DNA from: Aduncisulcus paluster
Taxonomy: Eukaryota
Direction of reading: 5' to 3'
NCBI GenBank assembly: GCA_024181965.1
Contig: BQXS01012660.1
Coordinates: forward strand, 1-39,653
Length of the DNA: 39,653 nt
Shown: positions 1 to 10,403 of the stretch, in pieces
Layout of the letters: each line of letters opens with the position of its first letter
Position numbering within the stretch: the stretch's first letter is position 1
The notes under the pieces: model-generated
What the model was told of the DNA's origin: nothing
Seen by the model: the letters and a program-made list of their open reading frames with translations, nothing else
The model's database searches: none
Position numbers and translations under genes: made by a program

Positions 1-498
1 AAGAATATAACTACGGGTTAGAAAGACATTCGCAATTCTGAATAACAATATAGTGATTGAACAAACACCATGAATCTGATCATCACCTTCTTCATTTGAC
101 AAGCTCAACACAGCTTCAACCCTTATCATTGGAGAAAATAAAGCATCAAAAAGCTCATTCAGAGAGACATCATCGAGAAATATGAGATTTCCACCTCGAC
201 TAGAAGTGGCAGAAACAGAGCAGGTCGAAATATGGGATGAGACATCAGATGAGGGACAATATGTGTGTTTCACAAACAAGGATAAGCACTCAAACAAAAT
301 TCTAAAAACACCTCGATTTGCCTTGATAGACGATGGAGATGAATATTCAGCAAAAATAGTCTTGATACTGGGAAAAGATTCTTTGAAAAGGGATGTTAAG
401 AATATTTTTGTCGAAGTTTTTTTGATAGATGTTGCAAGAGTTTCAAGTTCATCGATAGAAAATGTAGAAATACACTCAGACAGTTCAACTTTTGGCAT
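1..498 (-). CDS. Lineage-specific hypothetical protein, 3' end runs off the window (MPKVELSECISTFSIDELETLATSIKK...)
   Basis: Manual translation: ATG at 498-496, then 166 stop-free codons to position 1. Helical, S/L/F-rich sequence (FECLSLFVKH, IFLDDVSLNELFDALF). Missing from the ORF track because no stop lies inside the window; the + strand ORF 182..562 is its shadow. Confidence 0.75.
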   Translation of the reverse strand, partial: MPKVELSECISTFSIDELETLATSIKKTSTKIFLTSLFKESFPSIKTIFAEYSSPSSIKANRGVFRILFECLSLFVKHTYCPSSDVSSHISTCSVSATSSRGGNLIFLDDVSLNELFDALFSPMIRVEAVLSLSNEEGDDQIHGVCSITILLFRIANVFLTRSYIL

Positions 499-872
499 TC
501 TCGTTAATTTTAATAATAGTTTCTACATTATTGTTAATATAACATCAATATTAATAATGTAAAGTAATAAAATAACAATTTAAACTTCAGATGTCCCATA
601 AAATCCAATGTCAAAAAAATACTCACCAAAACATACTCTTATGAAAGAATCAAGAGGGATATGACGAATAAATAATGAGTTTATGATTAAATAAAATAAA
701 AGTATTTATGTAAAACAATTGAATAGGACAAAAAGGGCTTTCAATCCGCTTTCCAATGATAGCCAGAGAAAAATCATAAATTTCCTTAAATATGTAATAT
801 ATTTGTTAGAATTTTTTTATCCTCTTGTTTAACCTCTAAATATTTTCTAGCAGAAGTTACAATAATAAAATT

Positions 873-945
873 TTCCGGCACCGGGATTCGAACCCGGGTC
901 TTGACGGTGAGAGCGTCACATGCTAACCAACTATACCATGCCGGA
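873..945 (-). tRNA. tRNA-Glu (anticodon CTC)
   Basis: Reverse complement TCCGGCA-TGGTATAGTTGGTTAGCATG-TGACG-CT-CTC-AC-CGTCA-AGA-CCCGGGTTCGAATCCCGG-TGCCGGA-A: 7-bp acceptor stem, 5-bp anticodon stem, GTTCGAAT T-loop, followed by a TTTT Pol III terminator (870-867). Confidence 0.97.
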
Positions 946-967
946 GTTATATTTTTTTGAAAATTTC

Positions 968-1017
968 CTCATTAATGAGCTTAGTTTTCAAAACTTAGCT
1001 AAGTTTAAACTTAGCTA
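968..1017. promoter_or_regulatory. Cluster of palindromes upstream of tRNA-Glu (candidate Pol III upstream element)
   Basis: CTCATTAATGAG (968-979), AAACTTAGCTAAGTTT (991-1006) and TAGCTAAGTTTAAACTTAGCTA (996-1017) are perfect palindromes. A related motif lies at the same distance from tRNA-Asn. The regulatory role is inferred. Confidence 0.35.
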
Positions 1018-1507
1018 TGGATATCCAAGACCAATTTTGAACTTAGATTTATGTGTGGTAGTTGTTTTATAAGATATCCAATTTTTTAAAAACGGACTCA
1101 AAATCAAAGCAGTTTTACTCGCGAATTAGCCTTTAGCACGAAACCAAAATATGATTTAATATCATCAAAAATTACTTTAAAACCGAAGATAGTCATTTTG
1201 AAGAGTCATTTTACATGTTGAGCCGAGACAAATATTACGAAGTAATCGTAAGCCACAATAAAATCATTTAAAACAACATTTTTGCAAAGAATAATAATCA
1301 AAAAGTAACTATCCAAGACCGAACAAAAATAATATAGTTGAGGATCATAAAAAAACAAAACATTATATTAGAGAGATATTCTAGACCATTAGAGTCACCA
1401 AAACTGAAAAATCCATCACGAAAGGAATAAAAATAACATTAAATATCCAATATTGCTCATTTAATTAAGCTCCATCTTCTCTCTTGATAATATGAGTTTA
1501 TGTAAGC

Positions 1508-1984
1508 TTATCGAGTGAAAATGAGACGTTTCAGGATACACAAAGGCTTAATTTTGCTTTTTGAATGTGGTTGATGCCACAAAAGTTTGCAGCTGACCTT
1601 ACAACGAACACAATTTGGACATTGAATGTCAAGACAGAACCATGAACCCTCTGCACGAACGTGAGGACAGAAAGTCTTAATTGAACCATCTTGAGAGATA
1701 GCGTCAATAAAAAAGTATTTGGGACGCTTCTTTAATGGTTCACATGCCTGAAAATACACACATTGGATATTGATAGGATGAACAAAGGAATATATTAGCT
1801 GATGGAACTTAAGAGAAGCAAGACCTTGAGTAAATTCATGCAGACCATCATCAATGTGATGCATCCTGCCATTAAATGCATCCAAGGAGAATTTATCGTG
1901 ACCAATAAGTCTCATAAGGTCCAATAAAGGTGGTACGGGGCTATCATCGAATGAAATAATGGTTGCTTCTGTAATAACATCCAT
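1508..1984 (-). CDS. Stand-alone divergent copy of the lineage-specific DOC/APC10-like beta-sandwich domain (158 aa)
   Basis: MDVITEAT... from ATG 1984. The pattern FHQLIYSFVHPINIQCVYF...P...GSWFCLDIQCPNCVRCKV...LKRLIFTR parallels the modules at 17690-19728 (FxHxSxPF...KGxYxC...W[HY]xxxIxLxxVxxCEI...SLIF). The ORF-track extension to 2173 looks like AT-rich UTR. Confidence 0.7.
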   Translation of the reverse strand: MDVITEATIISFDDSPVPPLLDLMRLIGHDKFSLDAFNGRMHHIDDGLHEFTQGLASLKFHQLIYSFVHPINIQCVYFQACEPLKKRPKYFFIDAISQDGSIKTFCPHVRAEGSWFCLDIQCPNCVRCKVSCKLLWHQPHSKSKIKPLCILKRLIFTR

Positions 1985-3833
1985 AAATATAGATCGATCT
2001 CGTAAAATACAATAACCAATAACAATGGACAACGGGATAACTAAACAAAAACAAAAGAAAAGGAACCTGTGGAAAATAATAAAACAAATATTTCTCTCAA
2101 AGCCACTGTTCCTCAGGAATTTGTCCAATATGTTTTCCCAGGACAAGCTAAATATATATAACATTAACGGCATAAATCATAAATATTGGCATTTAGAATC
2201 AAGTAGGCAAGAATTTAATCAATCCGAACGGTGCTATACACCAAGACATTCGAGAAGTTTTGTAAAATCATCCATAATGCGCTATATTGATTATTAAATA
2301 ATATTATTTCTACATATATTTTCAAATTATACATGAAATAGTGCGTATTTTAGAGGAAAAATGGCGATTAGATGGGATAATTGAAAATGAATATTCAGCA
2401 ACGCTTGATGGGAAAAAAATGGAAATAGTCATAAAAACTATTATTTATGGATTAATTAATCACAATAATTACCCTATTTTCCTCCAGTAACATGATGATT
2501 GTTGAATAAAAAGGAGCAGATAAACTTTCCTCCAATTTGAAAAAATAACAACTGATAATCCCTTTTTTCAATACCGATAAAATCCGCCATCAGACAAGAA
2601 ATATCACCAAATAAATGGAATAACCTTGATTCTGAGCCAAAAATAATGGGTGCAAAACTCATCTTGTGATGGAAGAGATTCAATCCAGTATCATGAAGAA
2701 TATTTGGATAGGGGCTTCATTTAAGAATGAAAAAAAGCCAATTATTTTTTTCCCCCGCCAACTGTTGAGTATGACGATCATTAATAATCCTTAGGGTACA
2801 ATGTATAAGTTAGATCAGAGAGAACAACTTAAGAAGTCAAATAATGGCCTAATATAAGATCAAAAACGAACAAACTTTCATTATTGTACTTGCCAAACTG
2901 CCGTTTCAGCCGACATCTGGGAAAATCCTCATGACATCTTTTTGAGATAACTATCAAAAATCCAATTCAAGATGATCAAACCATTGTTTAAAGTATGAAT
3001 ATTGGAAAATATAATTATCAATTTTGAACTATTCGCAACATATGTTTGGATGGAAGCTATTCTAAAGTGGGAAGGAACAAGTCAGCATAATACAATTATA
3101 TAAACTCAGAATTTCATTATTTTTCATTTTACATTAAACAATATACCAATATCTATCGATAGCTTCAATATAAAAGAACATAAATAAACAAGACTCTCCT
3201 TTCATTTCATTCTTCAAATAGTTAGTAATTCCATTACGTATTATAATATCTATCAATAATATTCCATTTAAAGAAATAACTATAAAAATTCTGCTTCACT
3301 TTAAGAATATATCTTGGCAAAATGAAGGAAATAAATCTCCAAGAGCACTGATCGGATGTAGAAGATAAATAAAACATATCATTAAATTAATGCTTAATGG
3401 AAATTTATTTTCTTGAAGAATTTATCACTTTAATTTAGTATTTCCAGCTATAGAATGATTTCTTCATTTCGTGCTCACCCTGATACATCAAACAGAATAA
3501 GCATGTTTATCTACTGCTAGAACAAGTGTTTCCTAAGTTTCTACATCGTATTCCTTCCTGATGTTTTGTATTTCCAATGGAAAATTCGAATTTTTGTTAG
3601 GGATGAACCTAATGATATATTCAAATATATAAGAATAAAGATTAATTATTTTGAATTTTCTAAGGGAAATATGGCTATTTGTTGTGGTGTAAGAGTTGTG
3701 GCATATGGTAGTATGCCGGAATGATATTCATATCGATCAGATATAATAAATAATAATGGCTCACCATTAGGTAGTTCTGTTATATTTAACCACAAGAGTC
3801 ACCTTTTCCATATCTGGTAAATTCATATAAAAG

Positions 3834-3907
3834 CGCCATCGGTAGGACTCGAACCTACGACCTACCGGTTAACAGCCGGGTGCTCTAACCAACTGAGCTA
3901 CGAAGGC
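3834..3907 (-). tRNA. tRNA-Asn (anticodon GTT)
   Basis: Reverse complement GCCTTCG-TAGCTCAGTTGGTTAGAGCA-CCCGG-CT-GTT-AA-CCGGT-AGGTC-GTAGGTTCGAGTCCTAC-CGATGGC-G: canonical D- and T-arms, G discriminator, TTTT terminator downstream. Confidence 0.95.
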
Positions 3908-4075
3908 ACAATTTTGAATGAAAATATTATTTTATTCATAAGATCCATTTTGAAAAACTCTAAGAGTTTAACTCTTCGATATCAATATTCGAATATCGTT
4001 CCTCAGATAATATAATTAGTGAAAATTATCACATCTAATTTTAGAGTTTATTGATCACGTTGTCATTGGTAGAAT

Positions 4076-7000
4076 TTAGAATTTCTTAATGTGTTCGACA
4101 ATTACAATTCCTGTGGTTCTTTCCTCAAGTGGTTTCCATGATAGATTTGAGAACTTAATAAAAGGTTCCTCAGCTGTGACAACTCTGCAAGGATTTTTCA
4201 ATTCAGGGATTGGGATATGTTCCTTCAAATCATCTGGAACAACGAACAGAGGTGACGTAGGATCATTCTTGGACTCTTCGTCTTCTTTCTGGGTTTCCTC
4301 CTTCTCTTCTTCTTCCTTTTCTTCCTCATCCTTCTCTGAAGCACCTCCAATAACCTCTTCCTCTTCCTTTTCAGCCTTTTTCATGACACTTAAACCAATA
4401 TCAGATTCCTGGGAGCTCTCCTTTCTCTTCTTATCCAATGATAGCTTCACATTAGCTTTGATTTTCCCTCTGAATCTTCTCTTAACACGCAAATCGCTGT
4501 GGAAAGGTTGTCTCTTGGTCTTCTCAATGTTAATGATCTCATCTGGAACAACGAACAGAGGTGACGTAGGATCATTCTTGGACTCTTCGTCTTCTTTCTG
4601 GGTTTCCTCCTTCTCTTCTTCTTCCTTTTCTTCCTCATCCTTCTCTGAAGCACCTCCAATAACCTCTTCCTCTTCCTTTTCAGCCTTTTTCATGACACTT
4701 AAACCAATATCAGATTCCTGGGAGCTCTCCTTTCTCTTCTTATCCAATGATAGCTTCACATTAGCTTTGATTTTCCCTCTGAATCTTCTCTTAACACGCA
4801 AATCGCTGTGGAAAGGTTGTCTCTTGGTCTTCTCAATGTTAATGATCTCACCGGGAACAACGTTAAGTCTATCATCAACACACATGACCGAAGAGGGGAC
4901 AAAACCAAGAGATAACATCTGCAGATACCCGTGCCAACTCCAGGACATCAAGAAAAACATAGAGGCCACGACCGAGCAAGCACGAACAGTGGTGGGATGG
5001 TGCGGAACAGTCATGGAGAAACGACCACTTCCACCACAAGCCCTGTGAAGTCCTAGTGCCCAGATAGCTCCACCTCTGGTCATTTCATGCTCATATGAGG
5101 TATGAACAATTGAATGCAAGAGTTTCCTGAACTTATACGCGGCGTGTGGAATAGGGAGACTTGTCAACCAGGCCGCTTCATCAGTGATAGACGCATCTTC
5201 GGTTTCATCACCATTTTTCTCATTGTTCTTGTTCATCTCTTTCTTCCTCTTCTTACGCTCTTCCTTCTTCCTCTTCTTTTCAAGCTTAGCCTTCACCTTA
5301 GCCCTCTTCTTCACACTGATCCCACCGTACATCAGTTCAAGGGCAATGCCTTGGCGTTCCTTGTAACTTTCAAGGATCTCTTCCTTCACTTGGGCATCAC
5401 TTCCCCAGCAACCGAATTGTTGAAGCACGAGAGCAACGGCAATCAGAGCATACTGGCGCACATATGGCTCCTTATCATAAAGCAATGGCTGAAGCAGGGC
5501 AAGAGCCTCGGCGTTACCAGAACCAGCACAGGCAAGACCCACACCCATACACACTCCAACCCGAGTGTGAGAATTAAAACTCTTAGAGAGCAAATTGAGA
5601 GTACGTGGCACTTCCGCGGGGACACAACACATCACAAGACCAACACCGGCAGTCGCAGTACGTCGCACATCACCCTCAGTGTCAGTGACAGCAATGTGGA
5701 GTAATCTCTGAACAATAGTGAGGTCAGCTGTACCCACATAGGCCATAGAGAGTACCAAACATCCACATTCACGGGCAACTCCATCCTGAGAACCAAGCAA
5801 GCTCTCATATACAGGTCCAGCCCTCTCACGAGCACCAGCACATCTCAGCGCTTCCCCAGCATAAGCACCACGCCTGGCTCTTTCTTGTTCCTCTCCACGT
5901 CCGAATTCCAGCATACTCACACCACCTTCAGTGCTACCATATTGGAGGATCCCAATAGCCAGATAAGCAGCCTCGGAGGCCATGACATTGCCCATGTGTG
6001 GTATATTCATGAGAACAGATTGGATGGTGTCAATGTCTGCACTTCCAAGGTTACAGAGAGAGAAAGAGAGACATCCACCAAACAAAAGTGCAGGGGGGCA
6101 ATTGGGAAGACTCAGAACCTGCAAAAGCATATCATTCACACGTCTCCGAATCTTGAAATGATCCAAAGAGCACGGGAATGGCGCAAGAGCAAGACCCAAT
6201 GCAAGGAGAGCACCACCCTTGGGGTGAATTTCAGTGGGGGCAAGACTTAAAATATCTGTTCTTGGTGTAATCAGCCAATCAGAAAGCTCCTCGAATACGT
6301 TTACGCATCTTCCGTGAAGAGTAACACCTATGGATGAGATCATGTTAAATGCAGCCCAGAAAGGATTGGCATCGACACTATTCTTGAAGGCCGAGGATCT
6401 GTACGCAGAAAGATCTCCACTCCCAAGCGTATGGAATCCATGAGACGTGTAAGTACATGATTGGAGAAAAGGAATATCTTTGGAGGCCTTCTTGCATCGA
6501 GATAGAATATTGGGATCATACAACCCACATTTCTCGAACTGAGAACTCTCCAAAACACTCACAGCATGCCCACTAATCACCCGAGCAAGAGTAGATAGAA
6601 GAGAGGTCTGTTGAGAGGCAGATAGAGACCGAGCAGAAGATCCCAGAGGAGCAGGAGAAGATACTTCAGCTTCTTTAAGAGCAGAAATAACGTTATGTTC
6701 TTTTTCCTCATCTTTCCCCTCGTCAACCTTCTTCTCCTCCTTCTTGGGAGAATCCCCGTAAATATCATCCTCCTCTTCCTCCTCTTCCTCTTCAGCCTTC
6801 TTCTTATCATCATCATCACCTTTCTTATCCTTATCATCAGAGGAAGTCCCATACATCTTCTCAGAACACTCCATCTTTAGTTGCTCAAGTCCATCGAGGA
6901 TTCTGTCCGTTTCAATGGGAGATAAGCATGGGAATATATCAATTGAAGCCTGAATAGCAACAGAACGTGATCCATCCTGAACAATTTCACTCAAAAAAGC

Positions 7001-7897
7001 AACAATGGCACGAGTATCTTTGGTAGAGATTAAAGATGGAACAGCTGACAAGGCCGAACGTTTAGCGATCGCCGTAGCTTCATCACGATAATAATGAGCA
7101 ATAAAAGACAATAATTGAGCCCTAAAATCGGGATCAGGAATGGATGTCGCAACATCCGTGTCACTCAACCAACTAGCAATCTGACCAGCCTCTTCATCTT
7201 GACATATTAAATCTAAATGTCTCGCTTCAATGGCCATTCCTGCCCAAGTTGCAAGGGATAAATATTCACGAGCGATCTTAAACTCTTCAATAAAGAGAGG
7301 AGCGATTTTATCTTCAATCTCCTTTTCATCCTTGTCATCTTCACCAAAATCCATAGATTTAGCCATATCTCTGGCAGATTCCACAGACTCACCTTGTTCT
7401 ATCTGGATACCAATAAACTGAGCACGGCGCATAGATCTGGCCTGACGGATTTCAATATACTTCATAATTAATGCTGAACACATTGTTTTTGTGAAATCAT
7501 CGTCTTTTTTAGGATCAAAAATGGGAAATCCCATAATAATATATTTGACAGCTTGATCCAATTCATTTGCACAAAAACAAACATATGAAACCTTGAGAGC
7601 CAGTTGTAACTTCTCACTTTCACTTGTATCATCACTTTCTATTTGTTTAACTCTTCAGAACCCAATAAAATTGAAAATGAGCGAGATCAATAGAATAAGA
7701 AAAAAAAACAATGATCATAAACAAACGTACATTTCATCCAAATCATCATGGATGACTAACCAATGGTCATTCTCCATATGGACAATTAATTGTGGTGACA
7801 AGAAACCTTCATTGAGATCGTTGGATTTTTTACTCATGCAGCCGTGGTTGATTCGAGATAGAATTTTATCATCAAACCTTTTTTTCAATTTTGTCAT
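4076..7897 (-). CDS. RPN2: 26S proteasome regulatory subunit Rpn2/PSMD1; two exons (7897-7731, 7652-4076)
   Basis: PC-repeat region (GGALLALGL, MAYVGTAD...IVQRLLHIAVTDTEGDVRR, LLSKSFNSHTRVG...GLACAGSGN...LLQPLLYDKEPYVRQYALIA) and C-terminal LKNPCRV. A phase-2 intron 7730-7653 (GTACGT...GAAG) joins the 7715..7897 ORF (WLVIHDDLDEI, like Rpn2 FWAEISE) to VKQIE...LALKVSY. Contains a 309-bp in-frame duplication. Confidence 0.92.
4230..4850. repeat. Exact tandem duplication, period 309 bp (103 aa), inside RPN2
   Basis: 4230-4541 equals 4539-4850. The junction sits on near-identical flanks TCATCTGGAACAACG / TCACCGGGAACAACG. Confidence 0.95.
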
Positions 7898-8175
7898 CTA
7901 ATGGAAGAATTGTAATCAGAGCATATTATCTGTTAATGCTTAATTAAATTGATGGAAGTAGGAATAAGGAGGAATGCTATGACATATCAAAAATCAATGG
8001 AATTGCCTTTTAATAAAAGCTATAATATAAAATAAAATGACTTATTTCCTCTCATTTTTTTCTAAGATTGTGCCAGGACAGGAAAATCCGGTAACATCGA
8101 GAAATTCGCAACTTAGAGAGGTAAAAAAATTCATTTTTGTTTTAAATGCTTTTGCAATCAACTATTTAGTTTATT

Positions 8176-8236
8176 GGCATAGCTGACTAGAGCGTATGCA
8201 CGGTTTAACCAATGCTCTGGGGTTTTGCCCACAAAC
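8176..8236 (+). ncRNA. Candidate structured RNA (single-hairpin H/ACA-like RNA or 5'UTR stem-loop) just upstream of 14-3-3
   Basis: GGCATAGCT(8176-84)/GGTTTTGCC(8221-29) and CTAGAGCGT(8187-95)/ATGCTCTGG(8212-20) form stacked stems with G-U pairs; ACA triplet at 8231-33. GC-rich island in an AT-rich intergenic region. Confidence 0.35.
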
Positions 8237-8240
8237 AACG

Positions 8241-8999
8241 ATGGAATCCGAATTAACCAGAGACGATTACGTTTACCTTGCTAAACTCAACGAGAATGCT
8301 GAGCGTTATGAAGAAATGGTCGAAAACATCAAGAAGGTCGCCCTCATGTCCCCCGAGCTTTCTGTTGAAGAACGTAACCTTCTTTCTGTTGCTTACAAAA
8401 ATGTCATTGGTGCTCGTCGTGCTGCCTGGAGAATTATCTCTTCTATTGAGCACAAGGAAATGACCAAGGGACACGAGAAACATGTTCGTAATATCCGTAC
8501 TTACCGTGAGAAAGTTGAAGGTGAGCTTTCTGAAATTTGCAATGACCTCCTTAAGCTCCTCGATGAACACCTTATTCCCACTGCCACCACCCCCGAGTCC
8601 AAGGTTTTCTACTACAAGATGAGAGGTGACTACAGTCGTTACATTGCTGAGTACAGCACTGGTGACACACGTAAGAATGCTTCAACTACTGCTCTTGAGG
8701 CTTACACCAAGGCCACTGAGCTTGCTAAGGAGCTCATGCCCACTCACCCCATCCGTCTTGGACTTGCCCTCAATTTCTCCGTCTTTTACTATGAAATTCT
8801 CAACGAGCCCACTCAAGCTGTTTCTCTTGCCAAGGCTGCCTTTGATGATGCCATCAAGGAACTTGACCAGCTTTCAGAAGATTCTTACAAGGACTCCACT
8901 CTCATTATGCAGCTTTTGAGAGACAACCTTACTCTCTGGACTTCTGACCTTGCCAGCAATGAAGATGGTGTTGTTGTAGAGGAAGAAGATGACAACTAA
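8241..8999 (+). CDS. 14-3-3 protein (252 aa)
   Basis: [91 protein letters not shown]. Strong codon bias. ATG 8241 preferred over 8196 by family length. Confidence 0.98.
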   Translation: MESELTRDDYVYLAKLNENAERYEEMVENIKKVALMSPELSVEERNLLSVAYKNVIGARRAAWRIISSIEHKEMTKGHEKHVRNIRTYREKVEGELSEICNDLLKLLDEHLIPTATTPESKVFYYKMRGDYSRYIAEYSTGDTRKNASTTALEAYTKATELAKELMPTHPIRLGLALNFSVFYYEILNEPTQAVSLAKAAFDDAIKELDQLSEDSYKDSTLIMQLLRDNLTLWTSDLASNEDGVVVEEEDDN

Positions 9000-9135
9000 G
9001 CAATCAGAAAAATAATGTAGATAAAATACCAATAAAACATAGTCAATGTAGATCGAGAGTATTAGATATCTAATTCTTAATTTTTCTGCTCTTTTTATTT
9101 TTTGAATCAACAATTATTCCAATCTAAATCATTAT

Positions 9136-9169
9136 TTATTCTCTAATGAAGCTTATTCTCTAATGAAGC
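9136..9169. repeat. 17-bp tandem repeat x2 (TTATTCTCTAATGAAGC)
   Basis: Read directly at 9136-9152 and 9153-9169. The core TTCTCTAAT recurs at 9275-9283. Confidence 0.85.
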
Positions 9170-9352
9170 TTTATTTATCTCCTAGCGGAGTTTGGAAGAT
9201 AGTTGGACACATAGGTGTAGGCGACGTAGGAAGAAGGCTCATAACCTCATGGAGGGGTATGGGAAGAGTATGAGTTCTCTAATAAATGATCGTCCGATGA
9301 CAAAACACAAAACTAATGTTTTCTGCTCAAATCAGTTTGTAGATTTTTAAAT

Positions 9353-9903
9353 ATGTCAGATATTGAAGAAGATGTCTCAATATGTATGCTAAATATATTC
9401 AAATTTTCCTGGTTACATTCATAATTTAGACCATATCTTACATTTCCCTTTTCCTGTTATTTAACAATATTTTGATCATTAAATTAGGGGGACTTGGTAA
9501 AACTACCTTTTTTACGATCCTTATCACGATTCCATCTTTATTCTCTATCGTAGGGATTGTTCGAGCTGTCCAAACATCTATTTGGTGGATTGGACTTATT
9601 ACACCGATTATCTTTGCTATGCTTGGGCTTTTATACGGGTTAGTTGCGGCAGCAGCTATATCGCCAGCAATTGGTCTTATTTTCAGAACGTTTACCGTCT
9701 TAAATTACTCTATGATTTTATCTGTTTTGATTGGTTTTGTTTTATCGTGTATCATCGTGTTTTTCCCATTATTATCTGATTCCGGATTATTAAAATCAGT
9801 TCAAGACAGCATATCAGCAAATTTGGAAGATGTACGTGCTCTTAGTCCAAAGGAAGTAGAAAAAGCTGCGAAAACCATACTTAAACCAAATTCTGTAAAA
9901 TAA
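9353..9903 (+). CDS. Small multi-pass membrane protein, possibly TMEM170-like; two exons (9353-9383, 9488-9903), 148 aa
   Basis: ATG TCA GAT ATT GAA GAA GAT GTC TCA ATA T|GTATGC...ATTAG|GG gives MSDIEEDVSIWGLGKTT... in frame with ORF 9472..9903. Three to four hydrophobic segments. PIIFAMLGLLYGLVAAAAISPAIGLIF resembles the TMEM170 pattern by eye, so the family call is tentative. Confidence 0.7.
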
Positions 9904-10403
9904 TATGAATGATCTTGATAAAGAATTACAAATAAGATGAATAGAAACTTGATTTTTACTCTATAGAAAATATCCACATTCATGCTATACAATGAATTTG
10001 CAAAACGTTGTCTAGAATTCACTTACTGAAGAAATTGACCAGCAAAGAGAATGAAAGATCATCCAAGACAGACGTAGCATGAACAATTTGATTGTTGGAC
10101 ATTAAAAAAAAAAAGAAAATAATCAGATAAGAATACGGAAAATAACAAATAATTTTGCAAACAAGCCAGAATATTTGAATAAGAAGAAGGAAAAATGAAT
10201 GACGAATAGATTAATAATTCATTATTTTGAAGATTACTAATGTCATCGAGATTGATGCCGTTCAAAACAATATAACAGTGGAATAAAACAATAAATAACT
10301 AACAATATCTTTCAATTTAAAGCTATTGATTGCCATCGAAACGTTGAGAAATCCAACTAATATTATGGCACAAACTGTTTGTGACAAACATCGTCTAGTT
10401 TGG

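Noticed and set aside
182-562. + strand 126-aa ORF
   Set aside because: Antisense shadow of the longer minus-strand ORF 498..1, which has an ATG next to an AT-rich upstream region.
2000-3830. About 1.8 kb between the stand-alone module gene and tRNA-Asn, including ORFs 2025..2297 and 2474..2683
   Set aside because: Short AT-rich ORFs with no motif. I found no terminal repeats, transposase or RT remnants, or convincing exon chain. Left as unexplained intergenic DNA.
4089-5048. 319-aa Ser/Phe-rich + strand ORF and other ORFs antisense to RPN2
   Set aside because: Mirror of Glu/Lys-rich codons on the coding strand, lengthened by the 309-bp duplication.
8037-8240. In-frame upstream ORF separated from 14-3-3 by a single TGA (8184), suggesting selenocysteine or readthrough
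   Set aside because: The upstream peptide is AT-rich and unlike any 14-3-3 N-terminus, and the hairpin lacks the SECIS UGA/GA quartet geometry and is not in a 3'UTR.
9940-10330. Minus-strand 27-codon ORF (MSNNQIVHAT...) with a GTAAGT donor-like site, and a U1-like ACTTAC on the + strand
   Set aside because: The acceptors I tested gave immediate stops, and ACTTACTG lacks the U1 ACTTACCTG consensus and downstream structure.
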